From Candidatus Tayloriibacteriota bacterium (lineage in GTDB: Bacteria; Patescibacteriota; Minisyncoccia; Phycocordibacterales; PALSA-1337), in the NCBI GenBank assembly GCA_903857825.1, contig CAIOGI010000010.1, forward strand, positions 46,542 through 110,541: DNA of 64,000 bases. The letters are read 5' to 3'. Below, piece by piece: positions 27,111-35,820 of the stretch. Every line of letters starts with the position of its first letter. Position 1 is the first letter of the stretch. The translations under genes were made by a program, and so were the position numbers. The notes under the pieces were generated by a model that saw only the letters and a list, made by a program, of their open reading frames with translations, was not told the DNA's origin and made no database searches.

Positions 27111-28379
27111 TTATATAGGTAAATTTGAAGGGGCTTGGCCTTTCTTTGAAGGAACACGATAAAGAGTAGGTGCAGCAGCCACCTGACCAGGAAAATGAAA
27201 GATTGTGGCAAGTTCTTCTGAATTTAATACAAAATACTTTTCTACATATGGTTCATAGAAATATGCTCTTCTCTTGTATGCTTCTAGAGCTAGTTTTGAA
27301 ATTCTATTGTATCTGAAACTATTATAATCCTGCCAAGGGTAATTCATTTTTGGATGATGTTTTTTTGCATCAGGAATAATAGTATTTAAATGTTCAGATC
27401 CAAATTGTTTAAAGCTTCCTAGAATGCCACCTTTATTTGAAGCATCAAAAAATTCTTTCTTTGCTATATACATAACTCTTATACCGACATCGAATGCCAT
27501 TTTTGTAATACTTCTTTCTAATGCCTCTACTATATCTTGCTCTCCTTTAGAAATACTTGGCAATTTTGTAAATCCCGTAGCTTCATCCTTTGCTCCAGCA
27601 ACCTTTGTCTTCGGATCTCGCAATAATATTTTATTAACCTCAGCCCTCGCTTGATCTTTCCACTTATCTTCTTTACTAAAAGTCAATAAAAAGCCTTTTT
27701 GTTCAACTCTATGCGATCTAACTAATATTTGTATCCAAACCTGTTGATTATATCCAACACCACCAAGATACTCTATGAGTGGTGCAAGTGGATCAACTTT
27801 GTACTCTTCCTTTGGGTCTTTATCTAGACCGTAATCAACATACGTCTTTATAGGATATGGATCTGGATTCAATAATTTCATCGTAGCCGTCCATATCTTT
27901 GTCTCTTTTGGATCAAAATGTACTGATTTTGCATAATCTTCAGCCTCAGCAACTTCTATTCCAGGAAATTGCGCGTAAAGACTACTTTGAACAAAGTTTT
28001 TTTGATCTGCTCTTGTCCATATGTAAAATCGTACTTGACCTTCTATTGATACCATTTCAAGGGAATACCATGGTCTAGTACCACCACCCCATATTCTATC
28101 AAATGCATTACCCTCACCAGCCCACTGACTTAGTGAAGTTATAAAGAGTTCCATTGCCATCGGAGACTTGATAGTTTCCTTTGGCAATTTGATTTCTAGC
28201 AAAACCGTTTTCTTCTTGAAAATTGCTTCTGATCTAACATAGTTTATCCACAATGGCCAAAAAATAATAAAAAGAATAATAACCAAAATTACAGGAGAAA
28301 AAGTTATTAAAAATAAATATATAGTTCGTATTACTCCAGGATCAATCTGAGATGATAATAATGAAAAAAAGTCACTCAT
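27111..28379 (-). CDS. hypothetical membrane protein (N-terminal double TM plus large soluble domain)
   Basis: ORF track; preceded by copy 2 of the 54-bp promoter module. Confidence 0.5.
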   Translation of the reverse strand: MSDFFSLLSSQIDPGVIRTIYLFLITFSPVILVIILFIIFWPLWINYVRSEAIFKKKTVLLEIKLPKETIKSPMAMELFITSLSQWAGEGNAFDRIWGGGTRPWYSLEMVSIEGQVRFYIWTRADQKNFVQSSLYAQFPGIEVAEAEDYAKSVHFDPKETKIWTATMKLLNPDPYPIKTYVDYGLDKDPKEEYKVDPLAPLIEYLGGVGYNQQVWIQILVRSHRVEQKGFLLTFSKEDKWKDQARAEVNKILLRDPKTKVAGAKDEATGFTKLPSISKGEQDIVEALERSITKMAFDVGIRVMYIAKKEFFDASNKGGILGSFKQFGSEHLNTIIPDAKKHHPKMNYPWQDYNSFRYNRISKLALEAYKRRAYFYEPYVEKYFVLNSEELATIFHFPGQVAAAPTLYRVPSKKGQAPSNLPI

Positions 28380-28382
28380 ACG

Positions 28383-28436
28383 AAATTATTATACCACAGA
28401 GGCACTTCTATTTCACTAATTCGCTGGGTACAGCTC
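28383..28436 (-). promoter_or_regulatory. 54-bp repeated promoter / 5'-leader module, copy 2 (TGGTATAAT about 12 nt before the ATG of ORF 27111-28379)
   Basis: 52/54 identical to 19232-19285. Confidence 0.5.
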
Positions 28437-28446
28437 ACTTCTCTCT

Positions 28447-29499
28447 TTATTTTACTGCTGATGTCATTGAGTCTAAGAGGTGATACTTACTATCCTTGTC
28501 TTTCTTAAAGTATTTCTGATTCTGTAAATTAACCATTATTGTATTATCCTTTACATATCTTTCCTTTAATACCTTTTCAATAATTTCATCTTTTGTTAGT
28601 GGACCATACTTTTCTATAATGTTTTTTATAACATCTTTGACAACTCCTGCCATATATCCCCATTCCTTTAGAGCATAAAGACCTCGTCCTACCAAAACAA
28701 ATCTCTTATCTTTTATTAATTCATTATGAGTTGTGGCTACATGAGCTTTCTTTTTGAAGATCTGAGTGATTTGCTGTGCTACTTCCTTGAAGTGTATAGG
28801 TGAACCATGCTTTCTAATAACTAGGAAAGCGTAATCTCTCATACCTTTTGTCTTCACATTTGATGAACTAGCAACACCCCACTCTCCCATAGCATTCTTT
28901 CCTATCATTTTTGATATAGACAACCATCTTTTTATGATTTCTTGATTTTTGTATTTTTCTGAAACACCCTCTAGATGTTCTAGAAACTTGTTGACAATTT
29001 CTGATTCTAAAAGTAGATCCTGATCTGAAAGATTTGAATATAATTTCTTTAATGAAGACTCTACATTCATTGCCAATTCTTCATTCAAATGCCATCTATG
29101 TTTGAACTCTGTATCCTCTTTTCTTTTTTCAAATATATCACCAATAACCAATATAAAATGAATATGATTTTGTAATGATTTATCCTTTGATACATGTCCC
29201 AAAAAATCATCCTCAACGACAATTCCACCCAGTGTATGCAACAGTTCCTCAACTTCTGCGAAAGTAGCCTTCTCACCCTTATATGCATCAGATTTTCTTA
29301 TATTTGCTAGAGCATAATTTTCTATTTGGCGAACACGTTCACGGGTTATTCCGTAAACTTTCCCTATAGAATCAAGGGTCATTTTTTCTGTTTTCTTTCC
29401 AAGTCCGTATCTACTTATAAGAACCTCCTTAGCACGATCTGGTAAGACTGAGAGTAGTCTCTTTGTTGTTTGTTTTGGCTTGAATTGAATTGTTGCCAT
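28447..29499 (-). CDS. sigma-70 region-4-like HTH DNA-binding protein
   Basis: N-terminus ...RAKEVLISRYGLGKKTEKMTLDSIGKVYGITRERVRQIENYALANIRK resembles sigma-70 region 4.2; rest unassigned. Confidence 0.6.
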   Translation of the reverse strand: MATIQFKPKQTTKRLLSVLPDRAKEVLISRYGLGKKTEKMTLDSIGKVYGITRERVRQIENYALANIRKSDAYKGEKATFAEVEELLHTLGGIVVEDDFLGHVSKDKSLQNHIHFILVIGDIFEKRKEDTEFKHRWHLNEELAMNVESSLKKLYSNLSDQDLLLESEIVNKFLEHLEGVSEKYKNQEIIKRWLSISKMIGKNAMGEWGVASSSNVKTKGMRDYAFLVIRKHGSPIHFKEVAQQITQIFKKKAHVATTHNELIKDKRFVLVGRGLYALKEWGYMAGVVKDVIKNIIEKYGPLTKDEIIEKVLKERYVKDNTIMVNLQNQKYFKKDKDSKYHLLDSMTSAVK

Positions 29500-29561
29500 G
29501 ATTTTTGTTTGATTAATGATTAGATATTACATCAGTACCAATATATTGTCAATAGAACCCC

Positions 29562-32468
29562 TTAAATGACTATATTTATAAGTTTTCCTTTGATAAAAAT
29601 AACCTTTTTTATCTCTTTATCCACAAGCCACTTATTAATCTCTGAAATTTTCTTTATCTCCTCTCTTACAAAACTTTCATCTGCTTCTATATTCGCCTCT
29701 ATCATTCCCCTCACTTTACCATTAATTTGTACCATTATTGACACTGTGTCGCTTACAAGTTTCTTCTCATCATACTTTGGCCATTTTTCAGTGTGAATTG
29801 ATTTTTTGTTTTTTAGATTTGCCCATATTTCTTCTGTAAAATGTGGGGCAAATGGTGATAACAGTCTTAGTAATATTTCATAATGCTCTTTGCTTACAGC
29901 TTTTCCCTTTTCTATTTCATTTACAAGTATCATCATTCCACTAATTGCTGTATTAAACTTCATGTCCTCAATATCTTCAGTGACTTTCTTTATAGTTTTA
30001 TGAACTAATATATTCAGACTATCACTGTGTCCTCTCAGCGACAATGGATCTGTCTTCGTGGCATAGCCAGTCGACAGACCATAGTCGCTTGCGGACACAT
30101 TACCAAATACAACTTTTTCCTGCAATTTCCAAACCTTTTCTATAAATCTTCTTGCTCCTGCTATGTTATTTGTATCCCAAGCAATAGCTTGATCGAAGGG
30201 TCCCATAAACATTTCATATATTCTCAAGGTATCCGCTCCGACAGTCTTAACAATATCATCTGGATTTATTACATTTCCTCGAGATTTTGACATTTTCTCA
30301 CCCCCCTCAGCTAGAATCATACCGTGAGATGTGCGCTTTTTGTACGGCTCACTGGTAGGTACTAGACCTTGATCAAAAAGGAATTTATGCCAAAAACGAG
30401 AGTATAACAAGTGTAGTGTTGTATGTTCCATACCACCGTTATACCAGTCTACCTGACCCCAATATTTCAACTTTTTCTTGTCTGCAAAAGCCTTATTATT
30501 TTTCGGATCCATATAGCGTAAATAGTACCAGCTTGAGCCTGCCCAATTTGGCATTGTATCTGTTTCTCTCTTTGCCTTTCCTTTACACTTTGGGCACTTC
30601 GTATTTACCCATTTATCAATTGATGCGAGCGGACTCTCACCACTCTCTGTTGGTGCATAATTTTTAACCTTTGGTAATTTCAAAGGTAATTCTTTGTCTG
30701 GCAATGGAACAATCCCACATTTTTCACAATGAACAACAGGAATAGGCTCACCCCAATAACGTTGACGTGAGAATATCCAGTCGCGGAGTTTAAATTTGGT
30801 AACCCACTTACCTCCGACAAATTCGGTGATTTCTTGCTTTACTGACTCAGAATCCTTGCTGTTGAATTTGCCAGAATTAATTAAAAGACCTTTTTCAGTA
30901 CTCGCATTATTTAGATTGTTTAAGCGGTGTAACCAAATATCTAACTCTCCACAACGCATTGTGTCTGGACGAATATCTTTTAGATCTAGCCAAATTGGCT
31001 CATGTTTTTCAGATTCATCTTTACTTACAGTTCCAGAAGCATCGCCGTCCAATTCGAACAATGCAACATTAAAATATGCCACTCTATTTTCATCCTTATG
31101 CGCGGCGAAGAATTCACTTTTTACTGGACCACCAAGTATTCTAATGAATTTTAAATCTTTAATTCCAGTCTCTTCCAATATTTCTCTTCGAGCCGCTGTT
31201 TCAACGTTTTCACCTTCCTCAACTCCCCCAACAACAAAAGTGGTCCATGGTTGCTTTTTCCACTTCAGACACAAGATTTTGCCATTTTTAGGGTTTCTAA
31301 TTATTGCTTGAATGGCTTTTCTTTCTACAACTTTCTTTCCAGCAACATGAGGATTTATATAATCAATTCTTACTGGCATTACTACGTCTCGTATTTCAAG
31401 TCTATATTTCTTCGCAAAGTCCCAGTCTCTTTCATCATGTGCTGGTACAGCCATTACTGCTCCCGTTCCGTAGTCTGCTAAAACATAGTCAGCAAGCCAA
31501 ACTGGCACCTCTTCATTGTTTGCTGGATTTATAGCTTTTACACCCTTTAGTTCAACTCCAGTTTTTTCAGTCTTTGCATCTGTTCTATCAATTTCACTCT
31601 TTGTCTTTGATTCTTTAATATATTTTTCAACATCAGCCTTGTTCGAAACTTTAGCAATTAATTCACCAACAAATTCATGTTCTGGTGCAAGAACTACATA
31701 AGTAACTCCAAACAACGTATCTGGCCTAGTCGTAAATACCTTAATTTTTTTATCATTACCTTTTATTTGAAAGTCAATTTCAGCTCCCTCACTCTTTCCT
31801 ATCCAATTCCTCTGCTGTATCTTTATCTTTTCAAGAAAATCTGTTTCATCTAGGTCTTTATCAAGTCTTTCGGCGTATTTTGTAATAGCAAGCATCCATT
31901 GCTCCTTTTCCTTTTTCTCTACTTTCGTTCCACATCGCTCACAGCAACCATTTATAACCTCTTCATTAGCAAGACCAGTCAAATCCTTTGGACACCAATT
32001 GATAGTCATTTTTTTCTTGTAAGCCAAACCTGCTTTCAAGAATTGTAAGAAAATCCACTGTGTCCATTTATAGTATTTTGGATCAGTAGTATCTATTTCA
32101 CGAGACCAGTCAAAAGAAATACCGAGAGATTTTATTTGCTTTTTAAATGTATCAGAATTTTTCTTTGTAATTATTGCAGGGTTAATACCTGTCTTTATCG
32201 CATAATTCTCTGCTGGCAAACCGAAAGCATCCCAACCTATCGGGTACATTACATTAAGACCCTCTGCACGCTTTTTGCGGGCAATAATATCCATTCCCAC
32301 GTATGATCTAGGATGTCCTATATGAAGTCCTGCTCCAGAGGGATAAGGAAACTCAATCAGGGCATAAAACTTTTTCTTTTTGCTATCCTCTTTGACTTTA
32401 TTTGGCTTTTTCTTCTCCCAAACTTTCTGCCATTTCGTTTCTATTTTTTTATGATCATATTCATTCAT
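29562..32468 (-). CDS. leuS: leucine--tRNA ligase carrying an inserted Nudix hydrolase domain
   Basis: HIGH (GLHIGHPRSY), editing-domain TTRPDT and GTGAVMAVPAHD, KMSKS; Nudix box GGVEEGENVETAARREILEETGI at residues about 414-436. Confidence 0.95.
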   Translation of the reverse strand: MNEYDHKKIETKWQKVWEKKKPNKVKEDSKKKKFYALIEFPYPSGAGLHIGHPRSYVGMDIIARKKRAEGLNVMYPIGWDAFGLPAENYAIKTGINPAIITKKNSDTFKKQIKSLGISFDWSREIDTTDPKYYKWTQWIFLQFLKAGLAYKKKMTINWCPKDLTGLANEEVINGCCERCGTKVEKKEKEQWMLAITKYAERLDKDLDETDFLEKIKIQQRNWIGKSEGAEIDFQIKGNDKKIKVFTTRPDTLFGVTYVVLAPEHEFVGELIAKVSNKADVEKYIKESKTKSEIDRTDAKTEKTGVELKGVKAINPANNEEVPVWLADYVLADYGTGAVMAVPAHDERDWDFAKKYRLEIRDVVMPVRIDYINPHVAGKKVVERKAIQAIIRNPKNGKILCLKWKKQPWTTFVVGGVEEGENVETAARREILEETGIKDLKFIRILGGPVKSEFFAAHKDENRVAYFNVALFELDGDASGTVSKDESEKHEPIWLDLKDIRPDTMRCGELDIWLHRLNNLNNASTEKGLLINSGKFNSKDSESVKQEITEFVGGKWVTKFKLRDWIFSRQRYWGEPIPVVHCEKCGIVPLPDKELPLKLPKVKNYAPTESGESPLASIDKWVNTKCPKCKGKAKRETDTMPNWAGSSWYYLRYMDPKNNKAFADKKKLKYWGQVDWYNGGMEHTTLHLLYSRFWHKFLFDQGLVPTSEPYKKRTSHGMILAEGGEKMSKSRGNVINPDDIVKTVGADTLRIYEMFMGPFDQAIAWDTNNIAGARRFIEKVWKLQEKVVFGNVSASDYGLSTGYATKTDPLSLRGHSDSLNILVHKTIKKVTEDIEDMKFNTAISGMMILVNEIEKGKAVSKEHYEILLRLLSPFAPHFTEEIWANLKNKKSIHTEKWPKYDEKKLVSDTVSIMVQINGKVRGMIEANIEADESFVREEIKKISEINKWLVDKEIKKVIFIKGKLINIVI

Positions 32469-32515
32469 AAGTAGACAATATCATACAATACTTTTTGAAA
32501 AATTAAAAGAAAAAA

Positions 32516-32539
32516 CCCGGTAGCTGTGAGCTGTCCGGG
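32516..32539 (-). terminator. minus-strand intrinsic terminator located upstream of leuS (stem cccgg...ccggg then T-run on the minus strand)
   Basis: read directly; no annotated minus-strand gene ends just upstream, so the terminated transcript is unknown. Confidence 0.45.
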
Positions 32540-32940
32540 TGTCAATGTAGGAATACTGACAAATGGGTTCCGACCCATAAGAGTATTATGAAGGGAAACC
32601 AGATTTTACTACTCATTTGTTATTTCTACCACACTATTTACATTAATCATAATCTTAGTCATAATTACACCATCTATTGACAGACTTGTAAATGAGGTAT
32701 ACTCTTATGTTAGATATATTCTATATAGCTTTTTGACATCAGGCTCGTCTGTCTCAATGTACATCTCTCTGTATGTAACACAGTCTTTTTTCGGAAAGGC
32801 GCACATCGAGACAGGCAAGCTAATAAAGATCCTTAGATCCTAAGGCTACTTTTGCAGTGTCAACTAGCTTGATAATGTCACGTATCAAGTTGGTAGAAAA
32901 AAACTAAAAAATACAGAGTGACGAGAACACGGTAATACAG

Positions 32941-34092
32941 ATGAATAAAAACATGCATTTGGTCCTCTCTCTACTGCCCATGCTGATTGCGGCGGGAATT
33001 CTTTTTTTTGGTAAGTTTGAAAGCAGCAGCATGATGATGGGCATTATGGGAATCATAATAGGTATAGCTGGGCTATCAGGAACAGCGATCATCTACTTCA
33101 AACCAAAATGGTTGAAAATCCCAATAATAATTTTTCTGTGTTCGTTTTTTGCGATCTACTCCCCTAGCGGGATGGGTCAGCAAATCCAACAGAGATCAAT
33201 TGATAGCAGCAAGAGTACCATTGTGAATGAAAGCGTTCCTGTTTCCTTCACGATGCTATCTCATCCTACCAATTCGGTAGTGATTACTAGTCTCGACAAT
33301 ACAAACAACACTCGCGTCATCGATGCGGGAGCAGAAGTAATTCAATCAGCAGATGGTGTAATTCAGGTCTTGGTATCTAGGGACGTCACATACACCATCC
33401 TCAGTATTGATGGGGAATCAATATTCCTGATAGATGACGTCACAAATGAGGTCTTCAGGGGACCGAAGGTAGATCTATGCAAGGTCTTGTTCTTGCTGAT
33501 AGTGATCGCCGCTGGAGTCTATGTGCTTGTGAAGGTTGTGAAATGTGGTAGTAGGGTTGTTTCAACTTATGTATCAAACCTGAATAAAGCAATGTTGGAT
33601 CCAGAAGATTGCCCTCCACCAAAACAACCTCCGCTCACTAACAGCACAATGACCCTGATAACACCTGCAGGATTTGTTGCAATGATTGATGAAGATGGTG
33701 GGGACTATTACCACACGACGACCAGTGTAACAAATGGTGCAGTTGACTGGCGCGGAAATCCGATTCTCTACAAGATCGGCACGGCTATAGGGCCAAATGC
33801 GATTGTGGCCGTTGATGCCATGGGAAATATGCACCCATATCCTACGTGTTATTCCACCAACAACACTGATTGGAAGAAAATCGGGCCACAATACCATGTC
33901 TCATGGCTTGGATATTCCACCAATCTCGAGGATGTGGTCACGCACACGACAATCAGCTTCACAAGCGAATGTAAAGCTTTTTCCACAAATTGGTTTTGGA
34001 AAGTCAACGGTGCTTGGAGGGAAATGCGAGTAGGTGACCTAAGGAATTATTTTCCCAAAAGTCCCCAAATGTACTTCAGGGCTGGCCAGTGA
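32941..34092 (+). CDS. hypothetical multi-pass membrane protein, GC-elevated (probable horizontally acquired gene)
   Basis: three N-terminal TM helices, a fourth TM near residue 185, Cys/Trp-containing C-terminal domain; local GC about 45-48% versus about 30% flanks; sits between terminators. Confidence 0.55.
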   Translation: MNKNMHLVLSLLPMLIAAGILFFGKFESSSMMMGIMGIIIGIAGLSGTAIIYFKPKWLKIPIIIFLCSFFAIYSPSGMGQQIQQRSIDSSKSTIVNESVPVSFTMLSHPTNSVVITSLDNTNNTRVIDAGAEVIQSADGVIQVLVSRDVTYTILSIDGESIFLIDDVTNEVFRGPKVDLCKVLFLLIVIAAGVYVLVKVVKCGSRVVSTYVSNLNKAMLDPEDCPPPKQPPLTNSTMTLITPAGFVAMIDEDGGDYYHTTTSVTNGAVDWRGNPILYKIGTAIGPNAIVAVDAMGNMHPYPTCYSTNNTDWKKIGPQYHVSWLGYSTNLEDVVTHTTISFTSECKAFSTNWFWKVNGAWREMRVGDLRNYFPKSPQMYFRAGQ

Positions 34093-34118
34093 GAGCCAAC
34101 CTTCTGAGAACCAACACG

Positions 34119-34150
34119 CGCTTCGGAACTCTTCCGAAGCGTGCTTTTTT
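34119..34150 (+). terminator. strong intrinsic terminator (10-bp stem cgcttcggaa/ttccgaagcg, loop ctc, then tgcTTTTTT)
   Basis: read directly. Confidence 0.7.
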
Positions 34151-34165
34151 ATACAAAAAAATAAA

Positions 34166-34184
34166 GGGGAGTTTAAGCTCCCCC
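34166..34184 (-). terminator. intrinsic terminator for the zinc-ribbon gene (stem ggggag/ctcccc then T-run on the minus strand)
   Basis: read directly; forms a bidirectional terminator pair with 34119-34150. Confidence 0.55.
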
Positions 34185-34192
34185 GTTCCGTG

Positions 34193-34390
34193 TCATGTCT
34201 TACAAATCCAATTTAGAGACCTTTCTCTAACCTTAGATTTTCGAAGTTCTTCAGACTCAGCATACTGACCAGCACAATCATCATCACAAAATGCTTTCCC
34301 TCCTTTGTTACGAACATGATGCTCACCCAAATTCTTACCGCAATTTACACAACCAAACTTAGTTCTAGAGAATGAATAATGTCGTATCAT
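34193..34390 (-). CDS. small zinc-ribbon protein (CxxC...C...C)
   Basis: GCVNCGKNLGEHH...AFCDDDCAGQY; 65 aa. Confidence 0.45.
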   Translation of the reverse strand: MIRHYSFSRTKFGCVNCGKNLGEHHVRNKGGKAFCDDDCAGQYAESEELRKSKVRERSLNWICKT

Positions 34391-34648
34391 ACTTTCCTTT
34401 CTGTTTATATATTATACACAAGCCCAAAATATATACAAAAAAGGCGAGAAGAAGGCGACGTGTCCTCCAACTCGCCCAAAGGTTTACGAGCCTACCGAAC
34501 ACTCGTTCAATCCTTTCTCCTTAAGCAACTAGGGAAATCGTGTGAGCGCACAGTTCCGATTTCTTATTCCTGATTTCTGAGACAAAGCGAACTGTCTTGT
34601 CCGTTCAGGAACGCTGCTAGTTAAATTGTAACATTAAAGTAATTAAAT

Positions 34649-34667
34649 CCTAAACTCCATCACATCC
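34649..34667. repeat. 19-bp direct repeat ctaaactccatcacatccc (left copy; 22/23 when extended), a duplicate of the ychF 3' end, immediately downstream of the Fic gene
   Basis: exact 19-mer also at 35829-35847, where it encodes the ychF C-terminus (DGDVMEFRI*). Confidence 0.75.
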
Positions 34668-34688
34668 CGTAAAATAATTCTTCGTATT

Positions 34689-35753
34689 TTAACTTTTTGC
34701 AATAACCGCATAATTCTTTGCAGCAAAAATATATTGCTCTATAAATATCTTTTTAAACGAGATTAAAGAATTTAATTCGTAAAATACTAATATCGCTTCT
34801 TTGTACTCATTCTCATCGACACTACGATATGATAGTGGAGCAAATCCATGAGCAAGTAAAATTGAATTCGCTATCAATCTTGAAGTTCTTTTATTTCCAT
34901 CCTCGAATGGCTGAATGTAACTCAAACCAAGTAACATTACTAAGGCCTTTGAATATGGAGACTTCATTTTATTCACTATCTCACAGAGTGTTTCAATAGC
35001 TTCTTTTATTTGATGAATATTATCAAGTGGTCTATATATGGAACCTGTAACTCCAACAGCTTTATTACGAAGACCATGATCAATATTTAAGTCCTTTATC
35101 AAAATTTTATGTATTTCTTCTATTACTGACAATTTAATATTCATAAATTCATGAATATTTTCTCTTATTTTTTTAAATGCATACTTATGATTAAGAATCA
35201 TCGAAGCCTCAAGCTTATTATGACCCTCTGCTTCTATGCCCTTACTTATAAGTTTCTCAGTGTCTAATAATGTATATGTATTTCCTTCTATTTTTGAAGA
35301 TTTCCATGATAGTTCAATAATAAATCTCTCTAGCTCTTTCTCCTCGAGTGTATTTGAAATCGACTTTATATTATTTTTATATATTTCTGTAGCTTTATTT
35401 AATTCATCTATTTCAAAGTCTAGAAAAATATCCTCATTGATATGGTTAAATAAATCAAAATTATAGCTCTTTAGACCAATTCGTTTATCTGGTTCAATAT
35501 TACAATATTCATGAGCATTAAGATTCGAATATATCCTACCCTTTGTACTTATTGAATACACAATTGACCGACCTGCACCAGATAATGCTAAGAGATTGAG
35601 TGATTTTAATTCAGTCAATTCACGCTTGACTGTAACAAGCGAAACTTCACTTTTACTTTCAAGTAGTTTGTTGTAAACATCAGACGAAGACAACTCTTCA
35701 TTATTAAGAAAAAAACTCAATATTATTTGTTGATTTTGAGCAATTTTTATCAT
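34689..35753 (-). CDS. Fic family protein with N-terminal winged-HTH-like region and a degenerate Fic motif (QPFEDGNKRTSRL: Gln replaces the catalytic His, Lys replaces the second Gly)
   Basis: motif read from translation; start preferred at MIKIAQ (35753) because the operator palindrome would otherwise lie inside the longer ORF-track coding region (to 35786). Confidence 0.7.
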   Translation of the reverse strand: MIKIAQNQQIILSFFLNNEELSSSDVYNKLLESKSEVSLVTVKRELTELKSLNLLALSGAGRSIVYSISTKGRIYSNLNAHEYCNIEPDKRIGLKSYNFDLFNHINEDIFLDFEIDELNKATEIYKNNIKSISNTLEEKELERFIIELSWKSSKIEGNTYTLLDTEKLISKGIEAEGHNKLEASMILNHKYAFKKIRENIHEFMNIKLSVIEEIHKILIKDLNIDHGLRNKAVGVTGSIYRPLDNIHQIKEAIETLCEIVNKMKSPYSKALVMLLGLSYIQPFEDGNKRTSRLIANSILLAHGFAPLSYRSVDENEYKEAILVFYELNSLISFKKIFIEQYIFAAKNYAVIAKS

Positions 35754-35798
35754 AATCGTATCATTTAATACTCTTAATCGTATCAAAATGATACGATT
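35754..35798. promoter_or_regulatory. operator-like element: perfect palindrome AATCGTATCA-aaa-TGATACGATT (35776-35798) plus an extra half-site AATCGTATCA (35754-35763) abutting the Fic start codon
   Basis: read directly; 10-bp arms; lies between the Fic gene start and the ychF stop. Confidence 0.55.
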
Positions 35799-35820
35799 AG
35801 TGCAATGTCCAATATTTGGT

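Noticed and set aside
30027-31701. Multiple plus-strand ORFs antisense to leuS (e.g. 30796-31311, 171 aa)
   Set aside because: They lie entirely within the LeuRS coding region on the opposite strand. They are Ser/Leu/Phe-rich, typical antisense artefacts of AT-rich coding DNA.
32540-32620. tRNA-like hairpins (gtca...tgac, atgggt-tccg-acccat) upstream of leuS
   Set aside because: No cloverleaf can be built: the loop is 4 nt rather than a 7-nt T-loop, and there is no acceptor stem or anticodon arm of proper length. Treated as leader or terminator structure instead.
32904-33092. 62-aa minus-strand ORF overlapping the start of the 32941-34092 membrane-protein gene
   Set aside because: Overlaps the better-supported plus-strand gene; antisense of a hydrophobic TM region.
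34440-34620. tRNA or SRP-RNA candidate in the GC-rich intergenic segment
   Set aside because: The TTCAATCC string is not flanked by a pairable T-stem. No GGUGCUGUUU/AGCAGG SRP motifs. Left as an unassigned possible ncRNA.
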